A stretch of 64,000 nucleotides of DNA from Callorhinchus milii (GCF_018977255.1 NW_024704743.1:105774001-105838000); one strand, 5' to 3'; positions 21,994-62,965 are shown, counted from the first letter of the stretch. Program-made: numbers and translations. Notes: generated by a model not told the origin, from the sequence alone.

Positions 21994-22063
21994 AACGAGG
22001 AAAGTCGCTGCTGAGGGGTCTCCCAGCCTCCTTGAGTGGTCCAAACGGCTTGGGTACGCCCCG

Positions 22064-23808
22064 CACCCTCTCTCTCTCTCTGCCTGGCAATGCTCCTGCA
22101 CCCTCTCTCTGCCTGGCAATGCTCCTGCACCCTCTCTCTGCCTGGCAATGCTCCTGCACCTCTCTCTCTGCCTGGCAATGCTCCTGCACCCTCTCTCTCT
22201 CTCTGCCTGGCAATGCTCCTGCACCCTCTCTCTCGCTCTGCCTGGCAATGCTCCTGCACCCTCTCTCTCGCTCTGCCTGGCAATGCTCCTGCACCCTCTC
22301 TCTCTCTCTGCCTGGCAATGCTCCTGCACCCTCTCTCTCGCTCTGCCTGGCAATGCTCCTGCACCCTCTCTCTCGCTCTGCCTGGCAATGCTCCTGCACA
22401 CCCTCTCTCTCTCTCTGCCTGGCAATGCTCCTGCACCCTCTCTCTGCCTGGCAATGCTCCTGCACTCTCTCTCTCGCTCTGCCTGGCAATGCTCCTGCAC
22501 CCTCTCTCTGCCTGGCAATGCTCCTGCACTCTCTCTGCCTGGCAATGCTCCTGCACCCTCTCTCTCTCTCTGCCTGGCAATGCTCCTGCACCCTCTCTGC
22601 CTGGCAATGCTCCTGCACCCTCTCTCTGCCTGGCAATGCTCCTGCACCCTCTCTCTGCCTGGCAATGCTCCTGCACTCTCTCTCTCTCTCTCTGCCTGGC
22701 AATGCTCCTGCACCCTCTCTCTCTCTCTGCCTGGCAATGCTCCTGCACCCTCTCTCTCGCTCTGCCTGGCAATGCTCCTGCACCCTCTCTCTCGCTCTGC
22801 CTGGCAATGCTCCTGCACCCTCTCTCTCGCTCTGCCTGGCAATGCTCCTGCACCCTCTCTCTCGCTCTGCCTGGCAATGCTCCTGCACACTCTCTCTCTC
22901 TCTGCCTGGCAATGCTCCTGCACCCTCTCTCTGCCTGGCAATGCTCCTGCACTCTCTCTCTCTCTGCCTGGCAATGCTCCTGCACCTCTCTCTGCCTGGC
23001 AATGCTCCTGCACTCTCTCTCTCTCTGCCTGGCAATGCTCCTGCACTCTCTTCTGCCTGGCAATGCTCCTGCACTCTCTTCTCTCTGCCTGGCAATGCTC
23101 CTGCACCCTCTCTTTCTCTGCCTGGCAATGCTCCTGCACCCTCTCTCTCTCTGCCTGGCAATGCTCCTGCACTCTCTCTCTGCCTGGCAATGCTCCTGCA
23201 CTCTCTCTCTCTCTGCCTGGCAATGCTCCTGCACACTCTCTCTCGCTCTGCCTGGCAATGCTCCTGCACTCTCTCTCGCTCTGCCTGGCAATGCTCCTGC
23301 ACTCTCTTTCTCCTGGCAATGCTCCTGCACTCTCTTTCTCTGCCTGGCAATGCTCCTGCACTCTCTTCTCTGCCTGGCAATGCTCCTGCACTCTCTCTCT
23401 CTGCCTGGCAATGCTCCTGCACTCTCTCTCTGCTGGCAATGCTCCTGCACCTCTCCTCATGTTCTCTGCCTGGCAATGCTCCTGCACCTCGCTCTCTCTC
23501 TGCCTGGCCAATGTTTCCTGCATCTCTCTCTCTCTCTCTCCTCTCTCGCTGCAATGTCCTGCACTCTCTCTCTCTCTCTGCCTGGCAATGCTCCTGCACT
23601 CTTTCTCTGCCTGGCAATACTCCTGCACTCTCTGCCTGGCAATGCTCTGCACTCTCTCTCCCCCTCTCTGCCCGGAGATGCTCCTGCACTCCTTCTCTGC
23701 CTGGCAATACTCCTGCACTCTTTCTCTGCCAGGCAATGCTCCTGCTCTCTCTCTGTGCCTGGCAATGCTTCTGTACACTCTCTGCCTGGCAATGCACCTG
23801 CTCTCTCA
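22064..23808. repeat. Same composite minisatellite, copy 2
   Basis: Same core unit and same degenerate right end as 1861-5250. Confidence 0.97.
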
Positions 23809-26224
23809 ATGAGGGTGGGATTCCAGTGGAGAAGTTTGGTTCCCAGCTTTTGCTCCATTGGACAGAAATGACTTCTTCCTCTGGTATAACTTGTATGATG
23901 TTCAATAATGAAACAAAGTTTCACTCACAAAATATACAGGCAATTCACTTTACAATATATTTGGGAAGCGCTTTGATAAGTCTCAAAAGACATGATTAGG
24001 CACTATATCAAATGCAAGGATTATTATTATTAAATAAAGATACAATCAATAATCTTTGCAATTGATATAGTGCCTCAGGCTGTTAAAATGCCTATGATGT
24101 TGAAACGTCTAGAAAGTGTATTAGGAAAAGCTTATAGACCCTCAAACTTTTTCTTTCAATAGAAATGCAACATTTTCACTAAGTTCCTTTGAAACTATGT
24201 GCTGTGTTTATCTTACCGCTTGAAGTATTTCTGTAAAATCCTAGGCACACAGCATTGTGGAGATCACCCAGTTTATACTGTTAGGCAGATTCCGCAGACC
24301 AGATATACCAAACAATTACACATGTGCAAGCTTGCACATTCACAATCATTTGCCAGTCATAGTCCACAACTTTATTTTCTGACAGCTGGACCTTTCCTGA
24401 TCGCTAGGGAAGGTGCGTAAATTCGGGTCATTGATCAAAACATTGCATTTAAAAGTTCTGGATAGAGCTGCTGCTGTGAGTGGCAGCAGCTCTATCCAGA
24501 ACTTTAAGGGGCTACTGTATATAAGGGGCTACTGTATATCAAATGCAAGAATTCTAATTATATGCTCAGTTAATATTGTAAAATCTGACACATTAATACT
24601 GCAAAGTTATTCTCAGTACAAATATGACTGGAATAGATGAATAACTAAACAAATTGGAATCTGTAGTGCCTTAATTTTTAATTTTATTTCTTTATATTCC
24701 ATAATGTCCGGTAAGGCTGGTCATAATTTGCCCTCCATTATTAAACGGATTAGAATGAAAACCTCTTATAGGTTTACTTATGATTTTAAATGTCAGAAAA
24801 TACAATTTAAATAAGCATTTTCAGTTACAGATTTATAATTTACTATGCAGTATACATTGGTGATACTCCAGTTTTCATTGTAACAATATTGCATTAATAT
24901 TTGTTTTGTATTGCATAATGACAATTGGCAGGAAAAATGATTGAATCAATGGGAATTAAATTAAATGCATTTATTGGAAAAAAATAATGGAGTGTAAAAC
25001 ATACAAGCAGGAAGGGTTGGGCCAGATTATAATGGTACAATTTCTGTAGTTGGTTCTAAGAATGTCCATCTGTCTAGTCACAGACTACACCAAATTTAGA
25101 GGATTTCAGAGGGTCATTTGTTATATCTTATGTCGGATTATTACTGATCAGGATTCTTCCAAATATGTAGGAGAGGTCAAAAGTGCACAGAGTTGATTGT
25201 TGGAAGATGATGGGAAGAATAGAGAACAGCTTTACAATTGTATTTCACTTGTTTGTGAGGATTTGTTTTTGTACTGATAAAATATAGTTAGAAGTATTAA
25301 AGCTGTCTGGTCTCAGACACCTATGAGAATCATATTTTACAGATGACAATTGTAATGTTTTCTTTATGGCTTTAAACTTTGCAACTTTAACTTAATTTCA
25401 AATCATCTATACTTTAAAGACTGCAAACTTCACAATATCAAATTAAACGATCACAACCTGAGATTTTTAAATAAATCTTTATAGGGTACTTTCTATAATA
25501 ATACTTGATCTAGCCTGATCAAGTCTTTCAAGACGTCTCAAAGCGTTTCACAGAAGACATTATAAAGTGAATTGACTATACACTTGGTTGGCAAAACACG
25601 ACAGCCAATTGCGCACAGCAGTGTCCCACAAACATTCATGGATTGAGTGACCAATTGATTATGATATTGCAGTTATATGCAGGTAAGTTCTTCTCTATAT
25701 TTAAAAGTTACTTATTCATTATGGAGGAATTTGTAAATCTCACTGTTCCATATGCTTTTTAGTTAGTTCTGCCTCAGTGAACCAGCAGTGGGTTGTAAAT
25801 CTGAAACATTGAAGTCAAATACATCAGGAACAACCTGAACAGCAAAAAAATGGGCTTAATAGACATCCTCATCACTTCCTTCAAGCTGGGAACGAATTGA
25901 TTTGACTTCCCTTCTGAATATTTCACAATTTCACCAACTGGTGAAATTTCATCTACCTGTTGCAACTGGAATATTTTCAACCAAAAATTTATATACCTGA
26001 ATAACCTGATTCATAAACTAGTCCAGCTGGATCAAAAGCTTTAGTAATTGGGCATTCCATGATGTCTATCAATTCTGCAGGAATTTCTCAGGTTAACAGA
26101 GTTGAATTACCTTTCTGCTTAACCACTTTAGTTTTGAGGAAAACGTCATCCAATAAGTAATCTTCATTTTGTCTCTACTTCTCACTAAAGATCACCTCAG
26201 CTCCATTCAAGCTATGAAGGGGGT

Positions 26225-28049
26225 GCCTTTTTACTGTGCTCCCTGGATAGCCTGCAGCAGTTCAGCCGTGGCACTCGGCGTTGGCTGTCCAGCAGCAGCC
26301 ACACCGACTGTCCATTCCCCACTACATCCACCAGCCACCCCGGACACAGACCTGGGGAGACAATCTCTCCTCCCTCATCCCATTCCCCCCACCCCTGCCT
26401 CACAACCTGGACCCCCCTCCCTCCCCACACACCCTTCTGTCAACCGCTCCCTCCACATCGGACTACAAAACGCCCGCTCCCTCTGTAGCAAGGCCCTGGT
26501 CATCAACGATCTCATCCTTGATGAGAGCGTTGACATCATGGCCTTAACGGAAACCTGGCTCACCCCAGGCGGCACCTTCCTCACGGAGGCCACACACCCG
26601 GCTACACCTCCCACCACATCCCTCACCCCAACCGCCATGGTGGTGGTGCAGCCCTTATCTCAAGGACACCACTTGCCCTATCCCCTACTCCTCTGGCTCG
26701 TTCCCCTCTTTCGAGTACCTCACCCTCTCCCACCCCTCCTTCCTCTCACTCAAAATCCTCCTCTACCGGCCCCTAAAACCTCTCCCACCTTCATCTCCGA
26801 TATTCGACACTTCTTACATCTCTCTGCCTCTGCTCTGATCGCCTCATCATCCTGGGCGACTTCAACCTGCACTTCACCCCCTCCTGCTCCATCTCTTCAG
26901 ACTTCACTTCCCTGCTCTCCTCGCTCAACTTCTCCCTCCACATCAACTCTCCCACTCACAGTCACGGCCAACCACTCGACTTGGTGATCACCCGGGGCCT
27001 CAGTGTCTCGGATGTCACTATCACCGACAAGGCCGTCTCCGATTACCACTTCATCTCCTTCACCACCTCCACCCCCCTCCCCACCTCCACCAGACCCACC
27101 ACCATCTTCTACCGCCCCTGGAAGAAGTTACCCCCACAATCCCTAACTGCTGCCTTGGAGTCCTCTAAACTCCTCTCCCTCTGGCCTTCAACCCTCACTG
27201 ACCCCTCTTCTCCTCTCACCCTCCTCCACAACACCCTCTCCTCGACACTCTTACCCCCATCACCTCCCGTACTGTCTTCTACTCTCGCTCCTCCCCCTGG
27301 TTCACCACCCACCTCCGCTCACTGAAGAGCCAGGTGCGGGCCTTTCTCCCTCATATCCGCGCCACAACTGGCACCGCCTTCCATCACCTCCGGAACATCG
27401 CCAGACTACGGCACTACCTCACCCCTCACGCTGCTAAAACTCTGGTCCACGCCTTTATCACCTCAAGGCTGGACTATGGGAACTCTCTCCTCCCGGCCTT
27501 CCCGGCACCTCCCTCCACAAGCTGCAGGTCATTCAGAACTCTGCAGCTCGTGTACAGTCCCGCACCAGGCTTCGGGACCACATCACTCCCACCCTCGCTC
27601 GCCTCCACTGGCTCCCCATCCCCCAGAGGATCGAATTCAAGATCCTCATCCTCACCTACAAGGCCATCCACGGCCTTGCTCCCTCCTACCTCTCGGACCT
27701 ACTATCCCCCTACCTACCTGCCCGTACCCTCCGTTCCTCCGGCTCCGGTCTGCTCCGCATCCCCCGTCCCAACTGCCCTACCATCGGTGGCCAGGCCTTC
27801 AGCCTCTCAGCCCCTAGGCTCTGGAACTCTATCCCCCAGTGCCTTCGCTGCCTCCTCCCTTTCCTCCTTCAAGGCTGGTCTCAAGACCTTTCTCTTTGAC
27901 CGTGCCTTCAGCTCCCCTCTCGACTCTCTACCCCCTCCTCGCTCCCTCCCTTCCCCTGACAATTTCCCCCCAATGCTCGGGTCCTGACCCAACGCCTTGG
28001 GACGTTCTCCCGATGTGAAAGGCGCTCTATAAATGGAATCTTGTTGTTG
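26225..28049 (+). mobile_element. Same internally deleted L2, copy 2
   Basis: Duplicate of 7685-9514. Confidence 0.88.
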
Positions 28050-30065
28050 GTCTGGAAAAAGATCAATTACACTAAATCGAAGATGATGTGAAAATCCCTT
28101 TCTTTGCCCCTCTCAACCCCTTCCCTAGCTGCTGAAGATTCTGGCTTCCACTAACCTAGTCAGATCTTCTGATGTGTGGTTTTAAAGATCATACCTGATC
28201 TGCAGTCCCTTCATTCATCCAACTATCCCCATTCTACAGACCATCCGTGTTCACATGCCTCACTGACTCCTTTACCTCTAACTCCTTAATAAATGTCCTT
28301 TCTCTTGAAATAATCACTTTTCCTCAACCATTATAAATCCAATTTATCCAAATGTTGGATAGTCTGCACTGAACTCTGCACCCTGTGATGTCTTTTCAAC
28401 GTGAAGGGCACTATACAAGTGTAATTTGTTGTATTAGGGATAATTATTATCATTGATATCTGGACTGAAGGATATCCAACTGCACACTGGACAGTGCAAT
28501 GTATTGCCTACTGATAAGTCAATGCAGATTCTTCTCAGATTGAATAATTTCACAGGCATAACTTGCTCCCCTTCCCACCCCCTGTTCCTTCTTAAACAAA
28601 TTCACATATTTGTGGACCTGAAAACCAGACCACTACTTCCACCTAATGTGTAGTATTTAATGTACACTGAAAACAAACCAAATAATAAACTTCCATGGAG
28701 ATTTCAATCATATTTAACCAATTGGAATATTGTTTTATTTCTGAAACATTTTAACCCAAGCATAAACTACATTAGTTTTGAAGAGGTGTGCAACATATTT
28801 CCATTGCAATTTACAGATGAGTTCACCCCACAAATTGTATTAAAAAAGTTTAAGAATAAGTCAGTACTGTACCAATGATAACCACAAACAACTCTGAATG
28901 CCCCTGACATGGCTCTTACACTTCATGTATGAAAGATTAATCAATTTCTATTTTGTCATTGAAATTCACTTGCATTTTAAGCAATCATTCAGGTCTCAAA
29001 CACGCCACATCAACATTCTGCTTGATGTGTCAAGATTGTTTACAAGATGGTGTTTAGCTCAACACACTATAGTAGAACTTAAAACATAATCTTGATAACT
29101 ACACCATAAAAAGCAAGTATACAAAAATACACAAGCCAAATTTTTCCATTACAATAGCAGAAGAAATTGTCTAACTGAAATATATAATGGTATTCATATA
29201 AAGTTACAATCACACAATTTAGTTCTTTAAACTGAAGAAAACTTACATGGTAAAAATCTGCAACCAAACCCAATTATTCCTACTGTAACTTCTTAAATTG
29301 ATATTTAATACATTATAATCCCAGACAGACAATGTTACATCCAATGCCATTGAAATGACAAAATACTGGATTCATAAATTGCAGTTCGTGTTTGCATATT
29401 TTTGTAAAGGTGAAATATATGGGAAGTTAAATTAAAGTAGCATGTTGTGCTTCAACTGATGATCAACCGGTTTATATTGTTCTTCATAAGTACTGTATAA
29501 ACCTTTGTTACAAATACATATCTGTATTTAAACACCAATCACAACACTACATTTATAGGAAATATTATAAAGCACCACCTTTGGTTATTGAATGAAATCT
29601 CATTCAGTTTATTTTATTTGCAACTATATATATACACTACATTTTAGACTAGTGATGAGCAACAGTCCATTCAGGGGTTTATAGAAATTGATTTCTTATA
29701 CCTTTTTCATGCAGTTCAGAGAGCACTACTACCCACCACAATCAGTTGACAAAGATTGAAAGACACAATGCAAGTAAATGCAAAGCAGATTATACTTGGG
29801 AAAGATAAAAGTGACAAGCCAAACATTTAAGGATGAGCAGTGAAATGTTCCCAATATGATCCTTGCAGTACTTGGTACTTGTTAAACTTCAAAAGAAATT
29901 ACACTCCCAAGTTCCTAGATGAAGTTTACAAAATGTAAGATGGTAAAAAATGTGAAAAAAAAATAACAGATGACTGACATCTCAGAATGCAGGTGAAGGG
30001 AAGAATTAACATCAGTCATGATCCGAGGAGCCAAGTTTCAGAAAAAAATGATCTCCAATGTGATT

Positions 30066-48089
<18,024 letters not shown>

Positions 48090-48415
48090 ACAAGTCCAAA
48101 GCGAGCAGCTAAACAAAGGGCCAGCGGCCGGCAGGGCGGGCAGGAAAGTCAGTCAGAGGCCCGGTCGCCTTCCTCCCTCCGCTGCCCGCGCTCTCTCTCG
48201 CGCTCGCTCTGGGGAACCGTTTGAATCAAACCGTTACCTGGCCCCAGCCTTGTCTCGCGACACCCACAGCCTGACCCTCGCTCTCACAACTCCCGCCCAC
48301 CCAACGCCGGGCCTCACGTCACTACCGGTGGGCAGGGCCGACCCTCGGATTGGTTCGTGCTGGCGTCCGTTAACTGCTTCCCTCCCCCGCCTCTCACCGG
48401 CGCACGCGCAGTAGC
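48090..48415 (-). promoter_or_regulatory. LYPLA1 5'UTR and CpG-rich promoter
   Basis: CpG-dense. CRE-like TGACGTGA (48314-48321), CCAAT (48349-48353) and NRF1-like GCGCACGCGCA (48400-48410). These are motif matches only. Confidence 0.65.
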
Positions 48416-48874
48416 TGTTCACTCATCAACAGAGGTCAATGGAGTGAACAAGGAGCCTTCAATATAGAGAGATAGAGAGAGACGCTTATTTCACCCGCTT
48501 CCTCCAATCAACAACAACTTGCATTTATGCAGCGCCCTTCACGCGGCGTAGCGTCCCGGAGCGCTTCACGGTGCGACCTGTTTCTTCTCGGTTGCTGAGA
48601 GCGAGCTCGAGAAACAGACAAGCCAAGGGGAGGGGGGGGAAGTGACCGTAAGCAGGATCAAAAAAGGAAGGTCTTTAGGTGGGACTTGAAGGTGGGGAGG
48701 GAGGGAGCAAGTTGGAGGGATTGAGGGAGAGAGTTCCAGAGTTTGGGGGAGTAGTGGCTGAAGGCACGGCCAACGATAGTGGAAAGGAGTTTCTCCAATC
48801 AGGAGTCGTGCTACACGCAGAAGAAGGTCCCAGCCTTGAACTCCCATCGAGTCAGATGATCTCAAGCTGATGGG

Positions 48875-49130
48875 TTAGAGTGACCATGTTTCGAAAACCA
48901 AATCCGGGGACACATATATATATTAAAAAAATTGAACTCGCCACAATTCCCGATGCTGGCAGTACAGCGCTGGAGAAGCTTGTTGGATTAATGCCTGTGT
49001 TTCCCTGATGAGTCTTATCTGTTTTAGAATTTTATTGTTCTTGTTCAGTTTGTGGCTGAACTCAAGACAAAGCAAATTTGGCCAGGGACACAACACCTCG
49101 TCCGGGGACTGACCCGGGGTCAGCAATTGA
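48875..49130 (+). mobile_element. Possible hAT (Blackjack-like) DNA transposon remnant
   Basis: Begins TAGAGTGACCAT...CCGGGGACA, resembling TAGGGTGACCA termini. No clear second TIR. Confidence 0.3.
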
Positions 49131-49224
49131 GGTGCCACAAATCAAGAAAGAGATTTCCACTGGCATCCAACCACTTGAGTTGATAGGGAGGGGGCAAGGT
49201 GGAAGGATAGGCCCTACCTCACAG

Positions 49225-49830
49225 ACATCATAAACCTGTCCACTAGCACTGTTCCCATCCCTTTAAAAACAGCTGTCATCGCTCCTTATAAAACCCTGGC
49301 TGGACCCATCCTTGCTCTCAAATTACCACACCATCTCCAACCTCCCTTTCCAAGGCCCTGGAACAAGTCCCAGCTTCACTTCTTTCTCTCCTGCTAATCC
49401 CTTGACAAACCCCTCCAACCAGGTTTCCGTGCTGCCCACATCACAGAAACCGCTTTGGTCAAAGTGACAAATGATATTTTATTCATCTGAGACCAGGGCT
49501 TCCTCTGCATCCTCGTCCTCTTTGACCTCGCTGCTGTCTTCGATACCATTGACTGTCCTCCCCCACTGCCTCTCCTCTCACCTAAACCTTTGGCGGGCAG
49601 GCCTTCAGACACTCTGCCACCACCCTCTGGAACTCCATCCTGAGTCCCTCTGCCTCGCCCCCTCCCTTACCTCCTTCAAGACCCATCTCAAGACCCTCCT
49701 CTTCTCCTTCCCCTCCATCATCCCTGATTCCGACCCCCAGCTCAGGTCCGAAACACTGATTGTCCAGCACCTTGGGACATCTTCCCAACGTCAAAGGTGC
49801 TATACAAATGTAATTTTGTTGTTGTTGTTG
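49225..49830 (+). mobile_element. Rearranged L2 fragments (RT N-terminal part joined to the 3' end)
   Basis: LQPGFRAAHITETALVKVTNDIL-like segment, followed directly by the L2 3' end and (TTG)n. Confidence 0.7.
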
Positions 49831-50420
49831 TTGACGGGGCTTGAACCCACAACAGTACGACTCAGTGCTACCCACTGTGCCAGTCAAGACGTTAAACTCA
49901 TAGTTTAGGGTGACAGTTCAGTATAATGCTAGGGGATCCAATTACGGCAATGTTGGAGGTGCTATCTTTTGGATGAGGAGTTAAATTGAGATATCGCCTG
50001 TGCCTAGTGATCATTCAAGATCCCACTATTGGAAAAGAGGAGGTAGTTTCTCCCAGTGCCTTGGCCAATAATCCTCCAGATAAAAATAGTCATTTACTTC
50101 ATGGCTTTTGGTGGGATGCCTCTGTGGACAAATTGGTTGCCCCGTTGGATGCACAGAAGCTCTTTGAGACGTTTTGACGATGTGATTAGGTGCTCTTATC
50201 AAATGCAACAATTGTTACTACAGCAATAATAATAATCCTTGCATTCGAATTCACTCTTTATCACCTTGTCGAGACATCTCAAAGCGCTTCACGGAATATA
50301 CTGTAAAATGGTTTGACCGTGTATTTTGTGGGCGAAACACCACAGCCAATCTGCACACAGTGATATACCACGTTAGGGTGTAATAATTGTCCGATCAAGA
50401 GTACGTGTGGCTTCCCTTTA

Positions 50421-51002
50421 CAACAACAAGAAGATTCCATTTATAAAGCGCCTTTCACGTCAGGAGGACGTCCCAAGGCGCTGCACAGTTGGGTCATGAC
50501 CTGAGCAGGGGGGAAATGGTCAGGGTTGAGGGAGGAAGGGGGGAGCGAGGAAGGGGAAATGGTCAGGGTGAGGGGAGGGAAGGAAGGGAGCGAGGAGGGG
50601 GAAGAGAGTCGAGAGGGGAGCTGAAGGCTCGGTCAAAGAGAAAGGTTTTGAGACCGGCCTTGAAGGAGGAAAGGGAGGAGGCGGCGAAGGCACTGGGGGA
50701 TGGAGTTCCAGAGCCTGGGGGCTGAGAGGCTGAAGGCCCGACCACCGATAGTAGGGCGGTTGGGGCGGGGGACGTGGAGCAGACCGGAGCCAGAGGAACG
50801 GAGGGTACGGGCAGGTAGGTAGGGGGATAGTAGGTGGAGAGGTAGGAGGGAGCAAGGCCGTGAATGGCCTTGTAGGTGAGGATGAGGATCTTGAAATCAA
50901 TCCTCTGGGGGATGGGGAGCCAGTGGAGGTGAGCGAGGGTGGGGGGGGTGTGGTCGCGAGGCCTGGTGCGGGACAGTACACGAGCTGCAGAGTTCTGAAT
51001 GA
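50421..51002 (-). mobile_element. Young L2 3' fragment upstream of MRPL15
   Basis: Highly similar to the reverse complement of about 8995-9514. Confidence 0.88.
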
Positions 51003-51059
51003 AATGACAATGACAATGCCTCTTGTCACTAAAGTCACCTTAAATTGCCTCAGTGATTA

Positions 51060-51301
51060 CAGCTTAAAACAGAACACGGTTTCAAACGATCCGCAAAAAT
51101 CATGCGGAAAAAAAATCATCGATTTCCGATTAAAGGACAAAAAAGGGTCAGCCAGCAGCACAACTGTCGTGCGGAACTGCTCGACGGCAGTGTGGCTCCT
51201 GCACCAGGCAGAGGGCTTTTACGACAGTCTTGGCCGCTCCTGTGGCGAGTTGGTGTACGGCAGTGAGGCTCTGTGCCTTGCCCTTGGACGCTGGGTCAGC
51301 C
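51060..51301 (+). promoter_or_regulatory. MRPL15 promoter/5'UTR
   Basis: CpG-rich unique segment between an L2 insertion and the ATG. Confidence 0.55.
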
Positions 51302-59789
<8,488 letters not shown>

Positions 59790-59874
59790 AATGGATTTGT
59801 ACACATTCACAATGAAGTTCTTGTAACTAGATACATCAGTGATGAGTATTCACTTGTGTACTATGAAATTGTAT

Positions 59875-59956
59875 ATTAAAAGACAACTTTTTTTCCCCAG
59901 TGGGAACAAGTTTACCATTCAGTTCTATTATTGGTAATGATACATGGGGAAATAAA
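59875..59956 (+). terminator. Candidate MRPL15 polyadenylation signals (ATTAAA 59875, AATAAA 59951)
   Basis: Hexamers about 90 and 160 nt after the stop. GT-rich sequence follows the second. Confidence 0.5.
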
Positions 59957-62900
59957 CAGATGGAGAAGTGAGTGTGGTCTTTCAACGGTATCCAACACAA
60001 CAAGCACTCAACAGTGAAATGGAGAGGAATTAGAAGTGTGATGTGCAGTTAACAGCTGGCTACATAGTTGGCAATCATTGCTATAAAGTTTATAAAGCTT
60101 TAAACAATTTTTATTTACAAACACTAATTAGGCAGAAGATATTTAATGGTCACTTATTCAGATAGTGGAAATGATCTAATATTTAATATTTTTTTTTGTT
60201 ATAATTACCCGATATTCAGGGCTATCCACCTTTATTGGTATGCAGAGATGTAAACAGCTACTGATCCAGCTTTGTACCTCCAACTGGTGGAACCATTGCT
60301 TAATGGTTAGAGACGTATTTGAGCTGTGGTAAGGAGGATGGTAGCTCTCATTCGTTTCATGTTGAGCTGTGCTGCTCATTAGGAAGCTCACAAGAATTGC
60401 TGGTAAGTGCTATCCACCTAGGTGAGGGCTCAAATCTATGCTTGTCAGATGCCAAATGACCAACTGATGTCTATCCTCCCTAATGGAAGTAAGTGGGGCT
60501 CTTTAAAGCTGAGATGTCTCCTTAAAGCTGAGATATCTCCTTAAAGCTGGTGATGTCTCAATAGTTTGATTGCTGAGCTGGCTGCACTGTCATCAGTAGT
60601 GCCCTGGAATACTGCGGACTCCCCTGGCCGCAGGTGGGCGCGCAGGGCCACAGGGCACTACTGACGAAAGAGCAAGTGGCCTGGTTCATCAGAGGGAGAT
60701 ACAGAGGCAGATTGGTCACTGGAGACCGGGATTTTCCTATTTGGCTTCCGTTGACCCTAGAATCCAAAGTCTAATGGGTAGAGTGGTGTGAGCTGAGATT
60801 GACAAGCAGCGAGAAGCTTACCAGGCAGTGCCCTCACTGACAAGTTATGTGGTTTAATTAGTTAACTCCAGCAGTGTCCCACCTCAAACTCCAGGGTCAC
60901 CAAGCCTTGGCTCTTGCTCACCTATGCATAATACTCTCAATCCCCTCCTGGGAGAAGGCGCTTGTTCCATTCCAGACATGGAATGGTCCATGTATGGTGG
61001 TATACATATGTGGAACTCTGACTGGTTTAGATACTCGTAAGCAAGGTGATGGGTTTTTGCATGTGTCAAACGCCCAGCTAATCAAAGAAAATATTTGCAA
61101 GGTAATATTTCACTTTTTAAGTGGAATATAAGTGGAGGTCCATGCCATGGCCTACTCATGAGAATGGAAAATTGTAAACCGTAGGTTCATATTCCATACT
61201 GTAAACAATAGTATGAAACAGCCTTTGGACTTTGTTCCTAGGCAGCATCTTAGTGACATTCTGTTGTTGCCTTGCCGCACACTGGGAACAGTTATACCAC
61301 AGGTAAATTAGTGGATACTCCTCTAAGTTCCACCATAGACACCTTGCAGTTAGCAATAGGCATGTTCAATACTGCCAAGCAAATGTAAAAAAAAATTAGC
61401 AATATAATTTCCAGTTATTGTGTGCAGGAAAAAAAGCTTGTTCTTTACAGCTATGTTTTTACGACTGACCTGTTAGTTTTATTCCTTCTCTCTTGGCATT
61501 ATAGGAGCATATGCCATTGCACTTATAGTTTGTGTAACATAGTAAGTACATTTCACTTTTAGTTACTTTTCAAATGTTAGTGCAGGTGGCATGGAAATAA
61601 GGGGTGGAAAACACAATCTAACTGTAAATGAAAACAGGAAACAGATGTTTGCTGACTAGAGGTGATAGGACTGCACTGATTGAGTGGACGTGATGTTAGA
61701 CAGGGAGCAGCTGCATCCTGATTACAATGTCGACTTTTACATACCTACATATTGCATCAAAATCTAAGTTGAATCAAATATTTCTTGTTGAATTGGAACA
61801 TTAACCACCCTTGTTGCTGGAAGTCAGTAAATAATTATCAAGTGGTTCAGTGTGTCACTTCAGTTTAAGAGCAATACAGTCTGACAAGCTAGAAAACATA
61901 TCAGGATGTATTCAGCTGATTCAGTGTGCTTGAGAACTTATGCATTATTTCAAGCTAAAAAACTTGTTGCAAACATGGGAGAAGGGATTTAATAGGATTA
62001 GAAGCAGTGAAGTCTTATGTGTGGCATAAACACCAACTCATTGGGCCAAATAACCTGTTTCTGCACTAGCATTTCATGTAACACATTTCATTCTAAAACC
62101 TCGCTGCTCTAAAGCTTTTTGCGTACAAAACCAGTTGCTACATGTGAATAGTTACCGTGAAGCACTTTTGTGATGTTCCAACGTAATAAAAATGCAAGTT
62201 CTTCACTTTTGATGTGGTAATGCAAAGAATGTTTCATTTGCAAGGACTGACAACTGGAAAGCTCTTTAATGAATTCCAACTGTGGAAGTTAGCACCAATT
62301 TAAATTCCAAGAACATGGCATCTTTGCACATGAATGCAGAAGGTGGAATCGTTTTCTAAACTCTGACACAGCTAGACAAGCTTACTTGAAAGATGACTAT
62401 CCTCCTTGGGGGGAAACAAGTGGGGGTGAATTTCCTTGAAGCTCGGCTGGGTCCATGGTGCTGTACTTTGTAATGGAATATCATAAAGTCAACCTTCCGG
62501 GGTTTGGGTTCCTGAGCTAGGCAGGTCCACAGTACCTAGGATTTTGTACAATTTTGCAGAATTATAAATTTTAACACAAAATGCTCATCCCGGTAAGATT
62601 AGTTGGAATTTAGAGCCTTATATTTCTCAGGCAGCAAACGATGCTGATAGAGGTAACAGAATGGAGGGAGGCAAGACAGCAACAGTCGGAGAATGTACTT
62701 TACCAAGATATGCTCTTATTCTTTAAAAATTGCTACATAACGTGACCTAGAGCCTCGCTAGAAACCTAGTGTATGAATTCATACATTATTGCTGCAGAAT
62801 GGTAAATGCTAATTTTAAAAGCTCAAAAGTATGGTGTTTCAGAGTATGGTGAATTCTCTCCTGGTTGCCTGAGGAATTATTCAGTGATTTGGAAGCTGCT

Positions 62901-62965
62901 ACACAATTCAGCGGGGAAAGAATTCCTTGCGACTTTTCAAGGTATCTTGCTGCGGTTTCCTTCAG

